From the NCBI GenBank assembly GCA_903898755.1, contig CAIUGT010000125.1, positions 2,386-66,385 on the forward strand: DNA of 64,000 bases, given 5' to 3'. Of this stretch, positions 44,691-54,721 are shown piece after piece. The translations under genes and the position numbers were made by a program. The DNA comes from an uncultured bacterium (lineage in GTDB: Bacteria > Planctomycetota > Phycisphaerae > Phycisphaerales > SM1A02). Every line of letters begins with the position of its first letter. The stretch's first letter is position 1. The notes under the pieces are model-generated. The model made no database searches. It worked only from the letters and a program-made list of their open reading frames with translations, and was not told where the DNA came from.

Positions 44691-46564
44691 TTTGCACCTT
44701 CAATAAATTCCGAGAAACACTCGAGCCACACCTCGAGTGCGATTACTTGAAAAATGTCCTTGCTCCACACTCGACCTTGTTGCGGCTTCTGTGCACAATA
44801 CCGCTCGTATTCATTTAGCACAGCTTCGCGGTTTAACAGACCAAGTCGGAAGATTCTTGCTTCGGGATGAAGGAAGTCCCGTAAAATGGTTTCCTTGAGA
44901 GTGGTCTTCATCCACACTCCCTCTGGGTTCGAAAATCCTTGTTTGTCTTTGCGCCAGGTAATTTCTGGTGGAAGAAGATCGACGACCGCAGATCGCAGCG
45001 CGTATTTGGACCAACCTTTGGCGAGTTTATATTCCGCCGGCGCGGAGATGAGCATTTCAATCAGGCGATGATCGAGAAAGGGAAGGCGGATTTCGCGCGA
45101 CCAGGCCATGGACATCCTGTCCTCGAAGTGGTTTAGGGTGGGCACAGAGAGTTGCATTAAATCGCGGCGTTGCCTCGCACCAAGCGATTCGTCCGGCAGC
45201 AGTCCGACTGCCGCAACTGCGCACATTGAGAGGCGGGGACCAAGATTCGACTGTCGTCTTGCGAAATTTTTTGACGGAAGGTACCGCTTCGCCTCCGCAA
45301 ACCTGAACTGATTGACCATGGTTCCGTTTCTCAAAAACGAACCAAGGGTTCGTAGGGCGGTGAAAGGATGATTTTGACGCACTAGGGATTGCAAATGAAA
45401 CCCAAGATACTTGCGATACCCGCAGAAAACCTCGTCACCACCCTGACCGCTCAGGACAACTGTGATGCCATTATCGCGCGCAGCTCGCATCAGTAGATAG
45501 TGTGCAACATTTGACAAACTTCCCACGGGCGCCTCCATGTGCCAGATCACTTCTTTCAAGTGACCGAACAATGTTTGCGGATCGGAGGGAAGCTTGATCT
45601 TGGTGACGGGCCAACCAAAATGCCTCCCAACCGCTTCGATAAATGGCGATTCGTCGACGCTTGGATCGTCGCTGACCAATGAGAGCAGTGTCATGTTTTT
45701 CGCACCCAATGCATGTGCCGCACCCGTGATGGATGAAGAGTCGAGTCCACCAGAAAGCAGTATGCCTACAGGCACATCGCTGCGTAGCCGAATCTTGACG
45801 CTGTCGAGAAAAATTTCGCGGACGCGATCGACGAATTGCGGGAATGGTTCAACAGCGTTGTTCGTAACGGGACACTGCCAATAGATGCATTCATGCGTAA
45901 CGATGTTGGATCCATCTAATGAAAGTGTCAATAATCCGCTTGCCGGCACTTGCTCGATGCCCAAAAACATCGTGTGCCGATCTGCGTCAAGAATGCCGAG
46001 CTTCATGAATTCCGCAACAGCCTGCACATTTAAGGCGCGCCTGCCACCCGTGAGACGAAGGATTGCTTTCATCTCAGAGGCGAAAAGAACGCGGTCGCGC
46101 TGAACCGCTATGTAAAGAGGCTTCTCTCCGCATCGATCACGGCACAGGTGCACCTTGCGTTTGGCGCGATCGATCCATGCGAATGCCCACATCCCGTTTA
46201 GTTTTGCAAGCGTGGCCTCGATGCCCCAATGCTCTAATCCATGCAGCAAAACTTCCGTGTCGGAGTGCCCGATGAAATTGACACCGGCCGCTTTGAGTTC
46301 GGCCTTCAGCTCGACGAAGTTGTAGATCTCTCCGTTGTAAACGAGAACGGAACCGGTTACAGGATGGATCATCGGTTGCGCACCCGTCGGGCTCAGATCA
46401 AGAATTGAAAGTCGCTGATGCGCGACCGCAATATTCCAATCGCCTACGCGCGAGTTCCATTCGCCCGAATCATCGGGACCTCGATGCGCCTGCATTTTGC
46501 ATGCCGCCGTCCAGAGTGCTGGCGAGACAGGTTCGCGGCCAATGGATCCAAGAAGACCGCACAT
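44687..46564 (-). CDS. Asparagine synthase family (glutamine-hydrolysing) amidotransferase, copy 1
   Basis: It has the Ntn start MCGLLG, then HRGPDD and a PP-loop-type SGGLDSS. Confidence 0.85.
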   Translation of the reverse strand: MCGLLGSIGREPVSPALWTAACKMQAHRGPDDSGEWNSRVGDWNIAVAHQRLSILDLSPTGAQPMIHPVTGSVLVYNGEIYNFVELKAELKAAGVNFIGHSDTEVLLHGLEHWGIEATLAKLNGMWAFAWIDRAKRKVHLCRDRCGEKPLYIAVQRDRVLFASEMKAILRLTGGRRALNVQAVAEFMKLGILDADRHTMFLGIEQVPASGLLTLSLDGSNIVTHECIYWQCPVTNNAVEPFPQFVDRVREIFLDSVKIRLRSDVPVGILLSGGLDSSSITGAAHALGAKNMTLLSLVSDDPSVDESPFIEAVGRHFGWPVTKIKLPSDPQTLFGHLKEVIWHMEAPVGSLSNVAHYLLMRAARDNGITVVLSGQGGDEVFCGYRKYLGFHLQSLVRQNHPFTALRTLGSFLRNGTMVNQFRFAEAKRYLPSKNFARRQSNLGPRLSMCAVAAVGLLPDESLGARQRRDLMQLSVPTLNHFEDRMSMAWSREIRLPFLDHRLIEMLISAPAEYKLAKGWSKYALRSAVVDLLPPEITWRKDKQGFSNPEGVWMKTTLKETILRDFLHPEARIFRLGLLNREAVLNEYERYCAQKPQQGRVWSKDIFQVIALEVWLECFSEFIEGAN

Positions 46565-46565
46565 G

Positions 46566-47519
46566 TCAGTTTCTCACCAGCGATTTATAGATGTGTATCA
46601 ATCTTTCGCATGATGGTTTTAGATCCATGTGTTCGACATGGCGGCGCAAGCTTGGTGACCTTGGACTTCGGAGGACTTCGCAGAGATTTCTAGCGAGTGA
46701 ATTTGGATTTGGTTCACATACGCGGCAGGTATTTTCTTGATCGGCTATTTTTGAAAGATCACTCACATCCGTGGACACAAAGGGCACATTGCACGCCAGG
46801 GCTTCTTTTACAGAGTTTGGCCAACCCTCTGTTTCAGAGGTGCAAAGCACTGCGTCGCAGGTGGCGACGAAGGAGGGCATGTCCGTGTGTGAAATACCCG
46901 ACGCTATTTTTAGCGTGACATCGCCGATGTTTTGTTTCACGATCGCAATCGTCCGTTCACACAAAGAAAACCTTTTGATCGGATCGCGCGGAGCGTTGGC
47001 TGTGAATAGCACATTGCGGGTGACATGCGTCGCATACATCCTCGGTTTCCAAAGAGCCAAATCAATTGGCGACGGCATGACATTGATCTTCGATTCCGTT
47101 ACTTCTTGGGCGATTTCTTTTGCCAATCGGTTCGACACGGGCAGTACGGCAGAAAATTTCCCTAGCGAGCCGCGCGTCATGGCCCGTGCTAGGCGGGTGT
47201 GGAAATACAGTGCATGGAAGGTCTCGTTGTGCAAGTTCCAGTCGTTGCCGCGAACAGTAACCGCGGTCGGTCGGTCGTCGACGCCCGCAGTCACAAAGGC
47301 GCAGGCCGATCCATACTGAGCATGGACGACATCGAAGTCACGTGCGCGCAAACGGACGCGCTTGCGTGCCGCAAGAACATTCCATGGCGAGCGGAGATTT
47401 CCAAGGAATTCAAATTGGACATCAACTCCAAGCGCCCTCAAACCATTCGCCGATGTGTGCATGAAACAGCCCGTATTCGGCTTTAATGGGTTAAAATTAT
47501 GGGTCCAGAGCACGCGCAT
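46566..47519 (-). CDS. Family 4 glycosyltransferase
   Basis: The C-terminal motif is E-x7-E-like (SETEGWPNSVKEALACNVPFVSTDV). Confidence 0.6.
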   Translation of the reverse strand: MRVLWTHNFNPLKPNTGCFMHTSANGLRALGVDVQFEFLGNLRSPWNVLAARKRVRLRARDFDVVHAQYGSACAFVTAGVDDRPTAVTVRGNDWNLHNETFHALYFHTRLARAMTRGSLGKFSAVLPVSNRLAKEIAQEVTESKINVMPSPIDLALWKPRMYATHVTRNVLFTANAPRDPIKRFSLCERTIAIVKQNIGDVTLKIASGISHTDMPSFVATCDAVLCTSETEGWPNSVKEALACNVPFVSTDVSDLSKIADQENTCRVCEPNPNSLARNLCEVLRSPRSPSLRRHVEHMDLKPSCERLIHIYKSLVRN

Positions 47520-47534
47520 CTAATGCACGAAAGA

Positions 47535-48524
47535 TTAGGCGACCTTGCGGCAGCGTGCTTCAACTCCATTGCCCCCAGTGACAACATGAATCTCGACGGC
47601 TCCCAGTTTATTGAGCGTTGATTTAATCTGAGTCGTGGTGCGCAGATGCTTATACCAATCCGTCAAACTGTCGTGAGTATCAAGCAACGCCCATTCGTAC
47701 TGTAACTGGTCATTGAGTTGGGGCAGTTCATGAAAATAGGTGAGCATCGGTGAGACACGGGATAATAATTTTTGCGCGAGCGGCGCATGCCGGAAAAATT
47801 TGTGAGCTGGTAAGAACATCGCGGTGAGGATTTCGCACGCGCGCATGCGAGAACTTGGCGAAAGGCGTTTTAGAATCGGTCGAAGCAGCATGGCGGTTAT
47901 CTTGGTGTAGTGCTTGAACGACGGAGCATAGTGATCGAACACCAACCAACCGTTCGGCTTCACTTGCTCGAACAGTTTTCGTATTGTCAATTCAGGATTA
48001 GGAGTGTGCTGGATCACGCCAAGGCAGACCACCACATCGAACGAGTCGGGCTTGAATGGCGCGAGGCATATATCGCACTGGACGATCCGGTGGCGCTGAT
48101 CCTGCGGAAAGTTGATCTGGTTGGATTCGACCGCGGAACTGAGATCTGCTGAAGTCAGTCGAACAACGGGGTAACCCAGCAAAATCTCAGTGAAACGCCC
48201 CGCGCCGCAACCCGCCTCAAGAATTTGAATTTCTCCTTGACCCGACAACTTATGAACCAATTCGTCGCCGAGACAGCGGTTCAGTCGATCTGCTGTGATG
48301 GACGTCCCGGTGTGCGAATCAAGTTGTGTTAGCCGCCAGCGTTTCCACTGTTCGCCAAAGGCGTCTGCGTAGTTGGTCAATTTGGGAACGACTCGTGGAA
48401 TTCCAGAAAGCACTTGGTAGTTGGCACCGGATTTGGAACATAGCCCGGCATCGCAAGGCAAGAGTGGCTGCAGATTCTGCGGATCGACCAGTGGGGGAAA
48501 GGATTCAATGTTTTGGTTTGTCAT
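47535..48524 (-). CDS. Class I SAM-dependent methyltransferase with an N-terminal Trm112-like segment
   Basis: ILEAGCGAGRFTEIL (motif I), and N-terminal YQVLSGIPRVVP. ATGA overlap with the upstream asnB-like gene. Confidence 0.7.
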   Translation of the reverse strand: MTNQNIESFPPLVDPQNLQPLLPCDAGLCSKSGANYQVLSGIPRVVPKLTNYADAFGEQWKRWRLTQLDSHTGTSITADRLNRCLGDELVHKLSGQGEIQILEAGCGAGRFTEILLGYPVVRLTSADLSSAVESNQINFPQDQRHRIVQCDICLAPFKPDSFDVVVCLGVIQHTPNPELTIRKLFEQVKPNGWLVFDHYAPSFKHYTKITAMLLRPILKRLSPSSRMRACEILTAMFLPAHKFFRHAPLAQKLLSRVSPMLTYFHELPQLNDQLQYEWALLDTHDSLTDWYKHLRTTTQIKSTLNKLGAVEIHVVTGGNGVEARCRKVA

Positions 48525-50416
48525 GTGTCGAATCGAATTTTGAATCGGTTTGCCCAGATCGTAAAGTTATACAGTTTCCAAAGTAGCGAGGAAAAGTCAG
48601 CTTTGCCTTGTTCTGTCATCGCGAACCTCTGGTCGATTACGCTTCTTTGAATCACTCGGGGATTGGCGCGCTCGAACAATTCAAGATGGTCGACGAAATG
48701 CCCCCGAAGCGGACCCATGAGCCAGTGTTTAAATGGCACATTGAAACCGGTCTTTGGTCCGTCGAGCACAAAGTCTGGCACGATGCCGCGGAGTGCCTTC
48801 TTTAACAGCCACTTCTTCTGGCCCAGCGGCATCTTGCGGTATCCAGGGATTCTCGAGACAAAGTCGACAAGTTCGTGGTCAAGAAAAGGAACGCGAACTT
48901 CCAATCCATGAGCCATAGTTGAGCGATCAACCTTTTCAAGATAAATGTCGGGAAGCTGAATGCTCAGATCCACCATGGACATCTGCTGCCCAGCGTCGAG
49001 GTGTGCAAAACGCGCTCGTACCTCACGGTATCTCGCCATCGGATCGGATGTCGCGATTCGCTGTCTGAATGATGCATCGAACACATCGAGCGCCTCGCCA
49101 CCGAGATCTTCCGCGGTCAAGAGAAGTCCGATTGTAACTCCAAGATCTTTTTGCCCAAAGATGTTGCAATATCGAAGGATGCGCTGGCGAAGCGAAGAGG
49201 CTGGAAGCGCGCCAGCCGCAATGCGTCCGACTCCCGCGAATGCGTGCAGTAGTGAATGCATGCGGAGAGTGGCGTAGCGCCTGTATCCACCAAAGACTTC
49301 GTCGCCGCCGTCGCCTTGCAAGACCACCTTGATTTCACCGGAGACTTTTTTCGCCATCAGGTAGAGCGGAATATTCGCCGCATCAAAGAATGGCATGCCG
49401 TGATGGTCAATCAGCGTCTCAACAACTCCTGCAATTTCACGGCCCTCTATGAATAGTTCGTGGTGGTCGGTTCCAAAGTGTTCTGCTACTTGTCGGGCCT
49501 TCGGCCGCTCGTCGGGATAGAGCGGGTCATCGAACCCGGCCGAGAATGTGGATAGGCGACTCGCGTGATGTCGCGAAGCAAAAGCGGTGATGGCGCTCGA
49601 GTCGATGCCGCCTGAAAGAAAAACGCCCACGGGCACATCGCTCACGAGTTGGCGCGCAACGGCCGCCTCGAGTAGATCGCGCGTGGTGGCGATCAAATCC
49701 TGTGCCGGTCTATGAACCTGTCTTGCGATCGCCGACTCTTTCTGTAGCGACCAGTATGCGGAAGTTTCTGATTTAAATGATTCGAGATCGAGTCGCAGAA
49801 AATGCCCAGGTAAAAGTTGACAGATGCCGTGGTAGAGCGTGCGCTGGCCGAGCGAGTTGCCATAAAGGAGCCACTCGTGAATTCCAGAAGTGTCACAATC
49901 GGGAGTGCGGCCGAGCAATGCAAGCAGCGCTGGAATTTCTGAAGCGAAGACAAGACGTTCATCGTCCAAAAAGTAGTAGAGTGGCTTGATACCTAGTCGG
50001 TCGCGCACTAGCCACAACTGGTTGTCTCGCTGGTCGTGCAAGGCGTACGCAAACATGCCGTTGAGTTGCCGGAACGACAATGCGCCGATCGCAGTGAATG
50101 CGCGAAGCACAACCTCCGTGTCGCAGGTTGAGTGAAGGTTTGAGAGACCAAGTGATGCAGAGAGTTCGCGGTAGTTGTAGACCTCGCCGTTGTACGTGAT
50201 TGTCAGGCGACCATCTAACGATGTCATGGGTTGGTGGCCAGCCTCTGATAGATCGAGAATGCTTAAGCGGGTGTGTCCGAACCACACGGAATCACGCGTG
50301 CATTCACCGCGAGCATCAGGTCCACGGTGGCGTAGTAAGGACAATGCTTTCTCGCGCGAAGAGGAATTTTCTAGAGCGAATCCAGTGCGGACGACTGAGC
50401 CGGCGATTCCGCACAT
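48521..50416 (-). CDS. Asparagine synthase family (glutamine-hydrolysing) amidotransferase, copy 2
   Basis: The start is set at ATG 50416 so that the catalytic Cys is residue 2 (MCGIAGS). HRGPDA and SGGIDSS are present. The upstream gene stops at 50421. Confidence 0.85.
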   Translation of the reverse strand: MCGIAGSVVRTGFALENSSSREKALSLLRHRGPDARGECTRDSVWFGHTRLSILDLSEAGHQPMTSLDGRLTITYNGEVYNYRELSASLGLSNLHSTCDTEVVLRAFTAIGALSFRQLNGMFAYALHDQRDNQLWLVRDRLGIKPLYYFLDDERLVFASEIPALLALLGRTPDCDTSGIHEWLLYGNSLGQRTLYHGICQLLPGHFLRLDLESFKSETSAYWSLQKESAIARQVHRPAQDLIATTRDLLEAAVARQLVSDVPVGVFLSGGIDSSAITAFASRHHASRLSTFSAGFDDPLYPDERPKARQVAEHFGTDHHELFIEGREIAGVVETLIDHHGMPFFDAANIPLYLMAKKVSGEIKVVLQGDGGDEVFGGYRRYATLRMHSLLHAFAGVGRIAAGALPASSLRQRILRYCNIFGQKDLGVTIGLLLTAEDLGGEALDVFDASFRQRIATSDPMARYREVRARFAHLDAGQQMSMVDLSIQLPDIYLEKVDRSTMAHGLEVRVPFLDHELVDFVSRIPGYRKMPLGQKKWLLKKALRGIVPDFVLDGPKTGFNVPFKHWLMGPLRGHFVDHLELFERANPRVIQRSVIDQRFAMTEQGKADFSSLLWKLYNFTIWANRFKIRFDT

Positions 50417-50420
50417 TGGC

Positions 50421-51443
50421 TTAGATGGTCTGCTTGGCGGCAAATTCCGACAGCGCCCAGTCGAGCGTCGTGTTCAGACCCCGTTCGAAATCCCGTTCGA
50501 ATTCGAGTCCAAGTTCGCGCTTGATGAGCGAATTGTCCACGTCGAATTCGCGAATATCACCGGGCAGTGGGTCGCCGTGTGTGATCTTAATTTTCGGATT
50601 GACCCTCTTGAGAACCATGGAGGCCAGTTCGTTAACCGTCACGCGGATTCCTGACGCGCAGTTGTAGATCTTGCCGCGCGCAACTGGCATCGTTGCGGAA
50701 CGGATGTTCGCCTCGACGATGTCACCTACCCATGTGAATGTCCGCATCTGCTGACCGTCTCCATGCACCAACAGTGGCTTGTCTTGCAACGCGCGTCGAA
50801 GAAAAATGGAGACGACCCCGCCCACATCGCTGCTCTCTTGGCGTGGACCATAGACATGGAAGTAGCGCAGAATTGTCGCGTCGATTCCAAACTGCGCAGC
50901 GAAGGTGTTGACATAGTTCTCACCGGCAAGTTTGCTGACACCGTATAAGCTGACAGGATGCAGGCGGTGCTGTTCGTTCTGCGGCATTGTGACGGGCTCT
51001 CCATATACGGAGCCAGTGGAGGCGTGGACATATTTTTCCACACCCGCCGCAACTGCTGCTTGGAGCAACCGAAGCGAACCTCCCGCATTCACTTCGAGAT
51101 CCCTTGAAGGATCACGCATACAGATCGTTTTCTTCGAGGCTGCCTGGTGGAAGACAGTGTCGACGCCTGTCATCGCGTCGCTCACCGCCTTGGCATCGGT
51201 GACATCGCCGTGGATATTTTCAAAATTTTTCATTCCCCGAAACGGATTCAGGTTTTCTGGCTTTCCAGCCGAGTAATCGTCGAAGGCCACAACCGAAATT
51301 TCCTGCTTGAGAAGAGCCTCTGTGAGATGGCTGCCTATGAATCCGGCTGCGCCAGTAACAAGTGCGCGACGAATTTTTCGATTATGACCCGTGTTCGCGA
51401 GCATTTGGGAATTCCTTGGTGAATCGATCGAATCTATTCCCAA
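50421..51443 (-). CDS. NAD-dependent sugar epimerase/dehydratase (extended SDR)
   Basis: VTGAAGFIGSHL Rossmann motif and YGVSKLAGE (YxxxK). The start may instead be the internal Met at 51404. Confidence 0.85.
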   Translation of the reverse strand: MGIDSIDSPRNSQMLANTGHNRKIRRALVTGAAGFIGSHLTEALLKQEISVVAFDDYSAGKPENLNPFRGMKNFENIHGDVTDAKAVSDAMTGVDTVFHQAASKKTICMRDPSRDLEVNAGGSLRLLQAAVAAGVEKYVHASTGSVYGEPVTMPQNEQHRLHPVSLYGVSKLAGENYVNTFAAQFGIDATILRYFHVYGPRQESSDVGGVVSIFLRRALQDKPLLVHGDGQQMRTFTWVGDIVEANIRSATMPVARGKIYNCASGIRVTVNELASMVLKRVNPKIKITHGDPLPGDIREFDVDNSLIKRELGLEFERDFERGLNTTLDWALSEFAAKQTI

Positions 51444-51468
51444 CGATTGGGAGGAGAATCAATTTGAA

Positions 51469-52626
51469 TCAGGATGATACAGCTAATGCATTGTGTATAG
51501 AGACGGAATCTTCGTAGAGGGTTTCCAGGTAAGCCACGTGCGCATCCGCCGAATAATCAGTCCGACTCCGTTGCGATGCGGCTGCGCCACGTTTTTTCGT
51601 GTGAAACGGATCCCTGACCATATTTGCGATTGCGTCCGCAAGCGCATGTTTGTCGTGCCGAATTCGCGTGCCGACGGATTCATCCACAAGCCGTAAGGTG
51701 TCGCCGACATCTGTTGCAATGATCGCGCATCCGGCACCCATGGCCTCTAGTAGCGATTGACTTCCGTAGTTGTCTCCAGTTTGAAGCGAAGCAAAGATGG
51801 CGGCTCGTGAAAGATGCTCCAGAGGATCACAGACAAAGTCGATCGACACGCAGGATTCAAGGGCGAGCTCTTTGATTTTGAGTTGCACTTCCTGAAGCAT
51901 CGGACCCTGACCAAGGATTAATCCTCGCACTACGGCGCCCTTCTTCCGCGCTTCCGCGAGACCTTCTAGAAACAGGATCGGAGATTTCTCGGATGAAAGT
52001 CGCCCGACGAAGACCACCAGTGACGGATCGCGCAGAACCGAAGGAGGCTCCTGGCCATATTGGGCAAAATAGGAGGGGCTTGTAATGGTTTTCCACTTTG
52101 GATCGGAGATCGCAACCGCCATTTCAAGCGCGACACGAATGCGATTCGTTTGGCAGTGAATAATGCTTGCTCGGGTCGCGGCCCGTTGAAAATGCCTGCG
52201 GCCCAAGCCTTCTAAAGTCGAGTCCACGCATTCGTATACCAGTGGAACATTGGGCGGCACAAGGGGACCGCAGGGCAAGCCGATGTGCGCAACGGAATTC
52301 TTGTCCGCCTCAATTTTTTTCCAAAGCTCGTGAAACCGAGGGACGATCATTCGCGTGCGTAGCGCACCGGCGATGGGATTTTTCTCAAGACTTTTCCATT
52401 TTTCGAAAGAAGCTCGCACGGGTGTCGGTTCATTCACCGCCCATATATCTGGATCTTTGGCGCTTTCAATGAGCCCCGCCTTGACAAGCCCAGCCAGCAT
52501 GGTGTCGGGGATTACGAGCACGGGACGGACATTCCCGCGACTACGCAGTATGCGCCAAATGTTCGCAAATCGCCGTTCCGTTCCGGCGACACCGAAGCCG
52601 ACATTTATCAGGTAGACATTTCGCAT
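51469..52626 (-). CDS. Glycosyltransferase (GT4-like)
   Basis: GT-B layout, with C-terminal GDNYGSQSLLEAMGAGCAIIATDVGD. Confidence 0.6.
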   Translation of the reverse strand: MRNVYLINVGFGVAGTERRFANIWRILRSRGNVRPVLVIPDTMLAGLVKAGLIESAKDPDIWAVNEPTPVRASFEKWKSLEKNPIAGALRTRMIVPRFHELWKKIEADKNSVAHIGLPCGPLVPPNVPLVYECVDSTLEGLGRRHFQRAATRASIIHCQTNRIRVALEMAVAISDPKWKTITSPSYFAQYGQEPPSVLRDPSLVVFVGRLSSEKSPILFLEGLAEARKKGAVVRGLILGQGPMLQEVQLKIKELALESCVSIDFVCDPLEHLSRAAIFASLQTGDNYGSQSLLEAMGAGCAIIATDVGDTLRLVDESVGTRIRHDKHALADAIANMVRDPFHTKKRGAAASQRSRTDYSADAHVAYLETLYEDSVSIHNALAVSS

Positions 52627-52675
52627 GGCAAGAATGGCGAATGTATATGATTCTTAAAAGCGAGAAAATTTGAAG

Positions 52676-53233
52676 ATGAATCCTTTTAAAGAACTTGCTA
52701 GACATATTTACAGATTTCTGCGGAAGATGTGTCGTGCCTGTATTTACACCATTCGGTGGGGCGGGCGGGGTGTGAGAACGAGCACGAACTCGTGGATTTC
52801 CATGCGGGCGACCATACAAGGACATCGCGGGGCAGAAATCACGATCGGCCGCGACTGCGAGATCCATCCCTATTCTATGATTCTCGGTTATGGGGGAAAC
52901 ATTCGAATTGGCGACCGAGTAAGCGTGAATTCATTCACCGTCATTAACGGAATTGGGGATGTGTGGATCGGATCCGGTGTGCGCATGGCGACATCTGTCA
53001 CGATCATTCCTGGGAATCACATTCAGGGAACCGACGTGATTCCGCTTACCGAGTCTGGCATCACAAAGATCGGAATTCGCATCGAGGACAATGTCTGGAT
53101 TGGCGCGGGCGTCATTATTCTTGATGGCGTGACCGTGGGCAGGAATGCAATCATCGGGGCAGGAAGTGTTGTGACCCGAGATGTGCCAGCCAATGCGAAG
53201 GTCGTAGGTGTTCCCGCGCGCCCGTTGGTTTAG
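52676..53233 (+). CDS. Hexapeptide-repeat acyltransferase (LbH, WcaF/Maa-like)
   Basis: Repeated [LIV]-G-x4 turns end in IGAGVIILDGVTVGRNAIIGAGSVVTRDVPANAKVVGVPARP. This is the only plus-strand gene in the glycan cluster. ATG 52676 is preferred over TTG 52670. Confidence 0.8.
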   Translation: MNPFKELARHIYRFLRKMCRACIYTIRWGGRGVRTSTNSWISMRATIQGHRGAEITIGRDCEIHPYSMILGYGGNIRIGDRVSVNSFTVINGIGDVWIGSGVRMATSVTIIPGNHIQGTDVIPLTESGITKIGIRIEDNVWIGAGVIILDGVTVGRNAIIGAGSVVTRDVPANAKVVGVPARPLV

Positions 53234-53260
53234 GCGCCGGCTCGACACAATTAATCGGGA

Positions 53261-54721
53261 TCAAGTTGCATGAATTTGCTTTTCAGATTTTGCGATCACG
53301 GTCGACAGTAAAACATTATTTCGGTGATATCTGCAGCCCACGGCTACTGCCACCGGAATCAACATCAACTCGGCTTTTAGCAGTGTGGGAACGGTCAGAA
53401 AGACGATGAAAAATGCCAGGCCTGTGAATGTGACTACAAACACACCGACCATTCCGAAAGGCTTGAGACCTCGAAACATCGCGAGCCAAAGAAGAAAGAA
53501 TATGACAAGGCAGAGCCCGCCTCCGAAGAATCCTCCAGCTGAGGAGTAGTAAAGCAAAGTGGAGTGTGGATTCGATTCGCCAGCGGCGCCGACGTCCGCG
53601 TCTTCGATTGCCGCATAACCACCGCGGAGATATGTATCGGTCGACGTCATCGCATCGTAAAAGCCGGAATATCCAACGCCCAGTGGATGCGCCATCATGA
53701 TCTCCCCCACACCTAAGTAATAGGCTGTGCGGGCTTGATTGGATGCACTTTGTTGTGATTGATCAAGTGTCAAATCTAGTGACGATGATTTGAGATAAAA
53801 AAAATTGTTCAGTGATTCAGCTATCGCAACTCCGTGCGTTGTTCCTAGATAGAAAAATATTGCAGCGCACATCAGGATCCCCGTTGCTCGCAGGAAGTCT
53901 CCTCTCTCGCGTTTCGATTTGAACAAAATCACCAAGATCATGCAGCAGACGCCTGCCAACGCCGTCCCCATGCCAATCTTCGAGTAACTGATCCCCGCAC
54001 CGAAGCAGCACGCCAAGCCGCCGACAAGAGCAAGAATAATGTCTATTCGTCTTGTTGAGATCAATGCTAGCCAGGCCGAAAGGCAGACTCCCATTCCCAT
54101 GCTCGTTCCAGGGCCATTTTGTCCCATTAGGGTTGGTAGCACGCCAATCATCAAGGTGTTTCCCCTGAATGTTGAAATGAGATTTACACATGTGGACGCA
54201 ACTAATCCAATGAAAAATGCGCGCAAGACAAAAACAGGGTTTTTTACAGCCCATTGTGTTACAACAATCAGCAAAATCACCATAAGAATTATGCGACCCG
54301 ACTCGGCGGCGTCCATAAATGGACGCGGTCCGAAGAAGCCGATGATCGCGCACCACACAGCAAGTCCCACTAAATATTTGCACGCAATATTTATTATGTG
54401 ATCAGGCTGATGAAAATTATTTTTCGCCCTAGAGCACAAACGCAAGACCAAATAGGCTATAAAAATAATCTCGTGTATAAAAATTCCGTAAACCACTTGG
54501 ATGGGGGTCAGCCAATAAGGCACCGAATCATCTGTGGGCAAGCACAGGCGCCAGCCGCCTAAGGAGAGAATGACGAAAGTAAAAAGGGCATCTAATTTAT
54601 TCGAGGTATCCGCACTGCCCGTCACTTGTCCTTTAAAATTCTGCAAGGGGGCTGAGCGATATCGAACCTCTCTTTGGCTCGAAGGGGTGATGATGTAATC
54701 AGGCATCGTCCGTTGACACAC
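53261..54721 (-). CDS. O-antigen polymerase/ligase-like (Wzy-type) polytopic membrane protein
   Basis: It has about 10-12 TM helices and a larger loop in the C-terminal third, and it sits in a glycan locus. These families have weak sequence signatures. Confidence 0.55.
   Translation of the reverse strand: MCQRTMPDYIITPSSQREVRYRSAPLQNFKGQVTGSADTSNKLDALFTFVILSLGGWRLCLPTDDSVPYWLTPIQVVYGIFIHEIIFIAYLVLRLCSRAKNNFHQPDHIINIACKYLVGLAVWCAIIGFFGPRPFMDAAESGRIILMVILLIVVTQWAVKNPVFVLRAFFIGLVASTCVNLISTFRGNTLMIGVLPTLMGQNGPGTSMGMGVCLSAWLALISTRRIDIILALVGGLACCFGAGISYSKIGMGTALAGVCCMILVILFKSKRERGDFLRATGILMCAAIFFYLGTTHGVAIAESLNNFFYLKSSSLDLTLDQSQQSASNQARTAYYLGVGEIMMAHPLGVGYSGFYDAMTSTDTYLRGGYAAIEDADVGAAGESNPHSTLLYYSSAGGFFGGGLCLVIFFLLWLAMFRGLKPFGMVGVFVVTFTGLAFFIVFLTVPTLLKAELMLIPVAVAVGCRYHRNNVLLSTVIAKSEKQIHAT

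Noticed and set aside
50417-50443. Nine extra N-terminal codons on the second AsnB-like gene
   Set aside because: Ntn amidotransferases need Cys directly after the initiator Met (MCGIAG). The extension would also overlap the stop of the upstream SDR gene.
53817-54383. 188-aa minus-strand ORF in a second frame inside the Wzy-like gene
   Set aside because: It overlaps the hydrophobic polytopic reading frame, which makes more biological sense. It has no start context or motifs.
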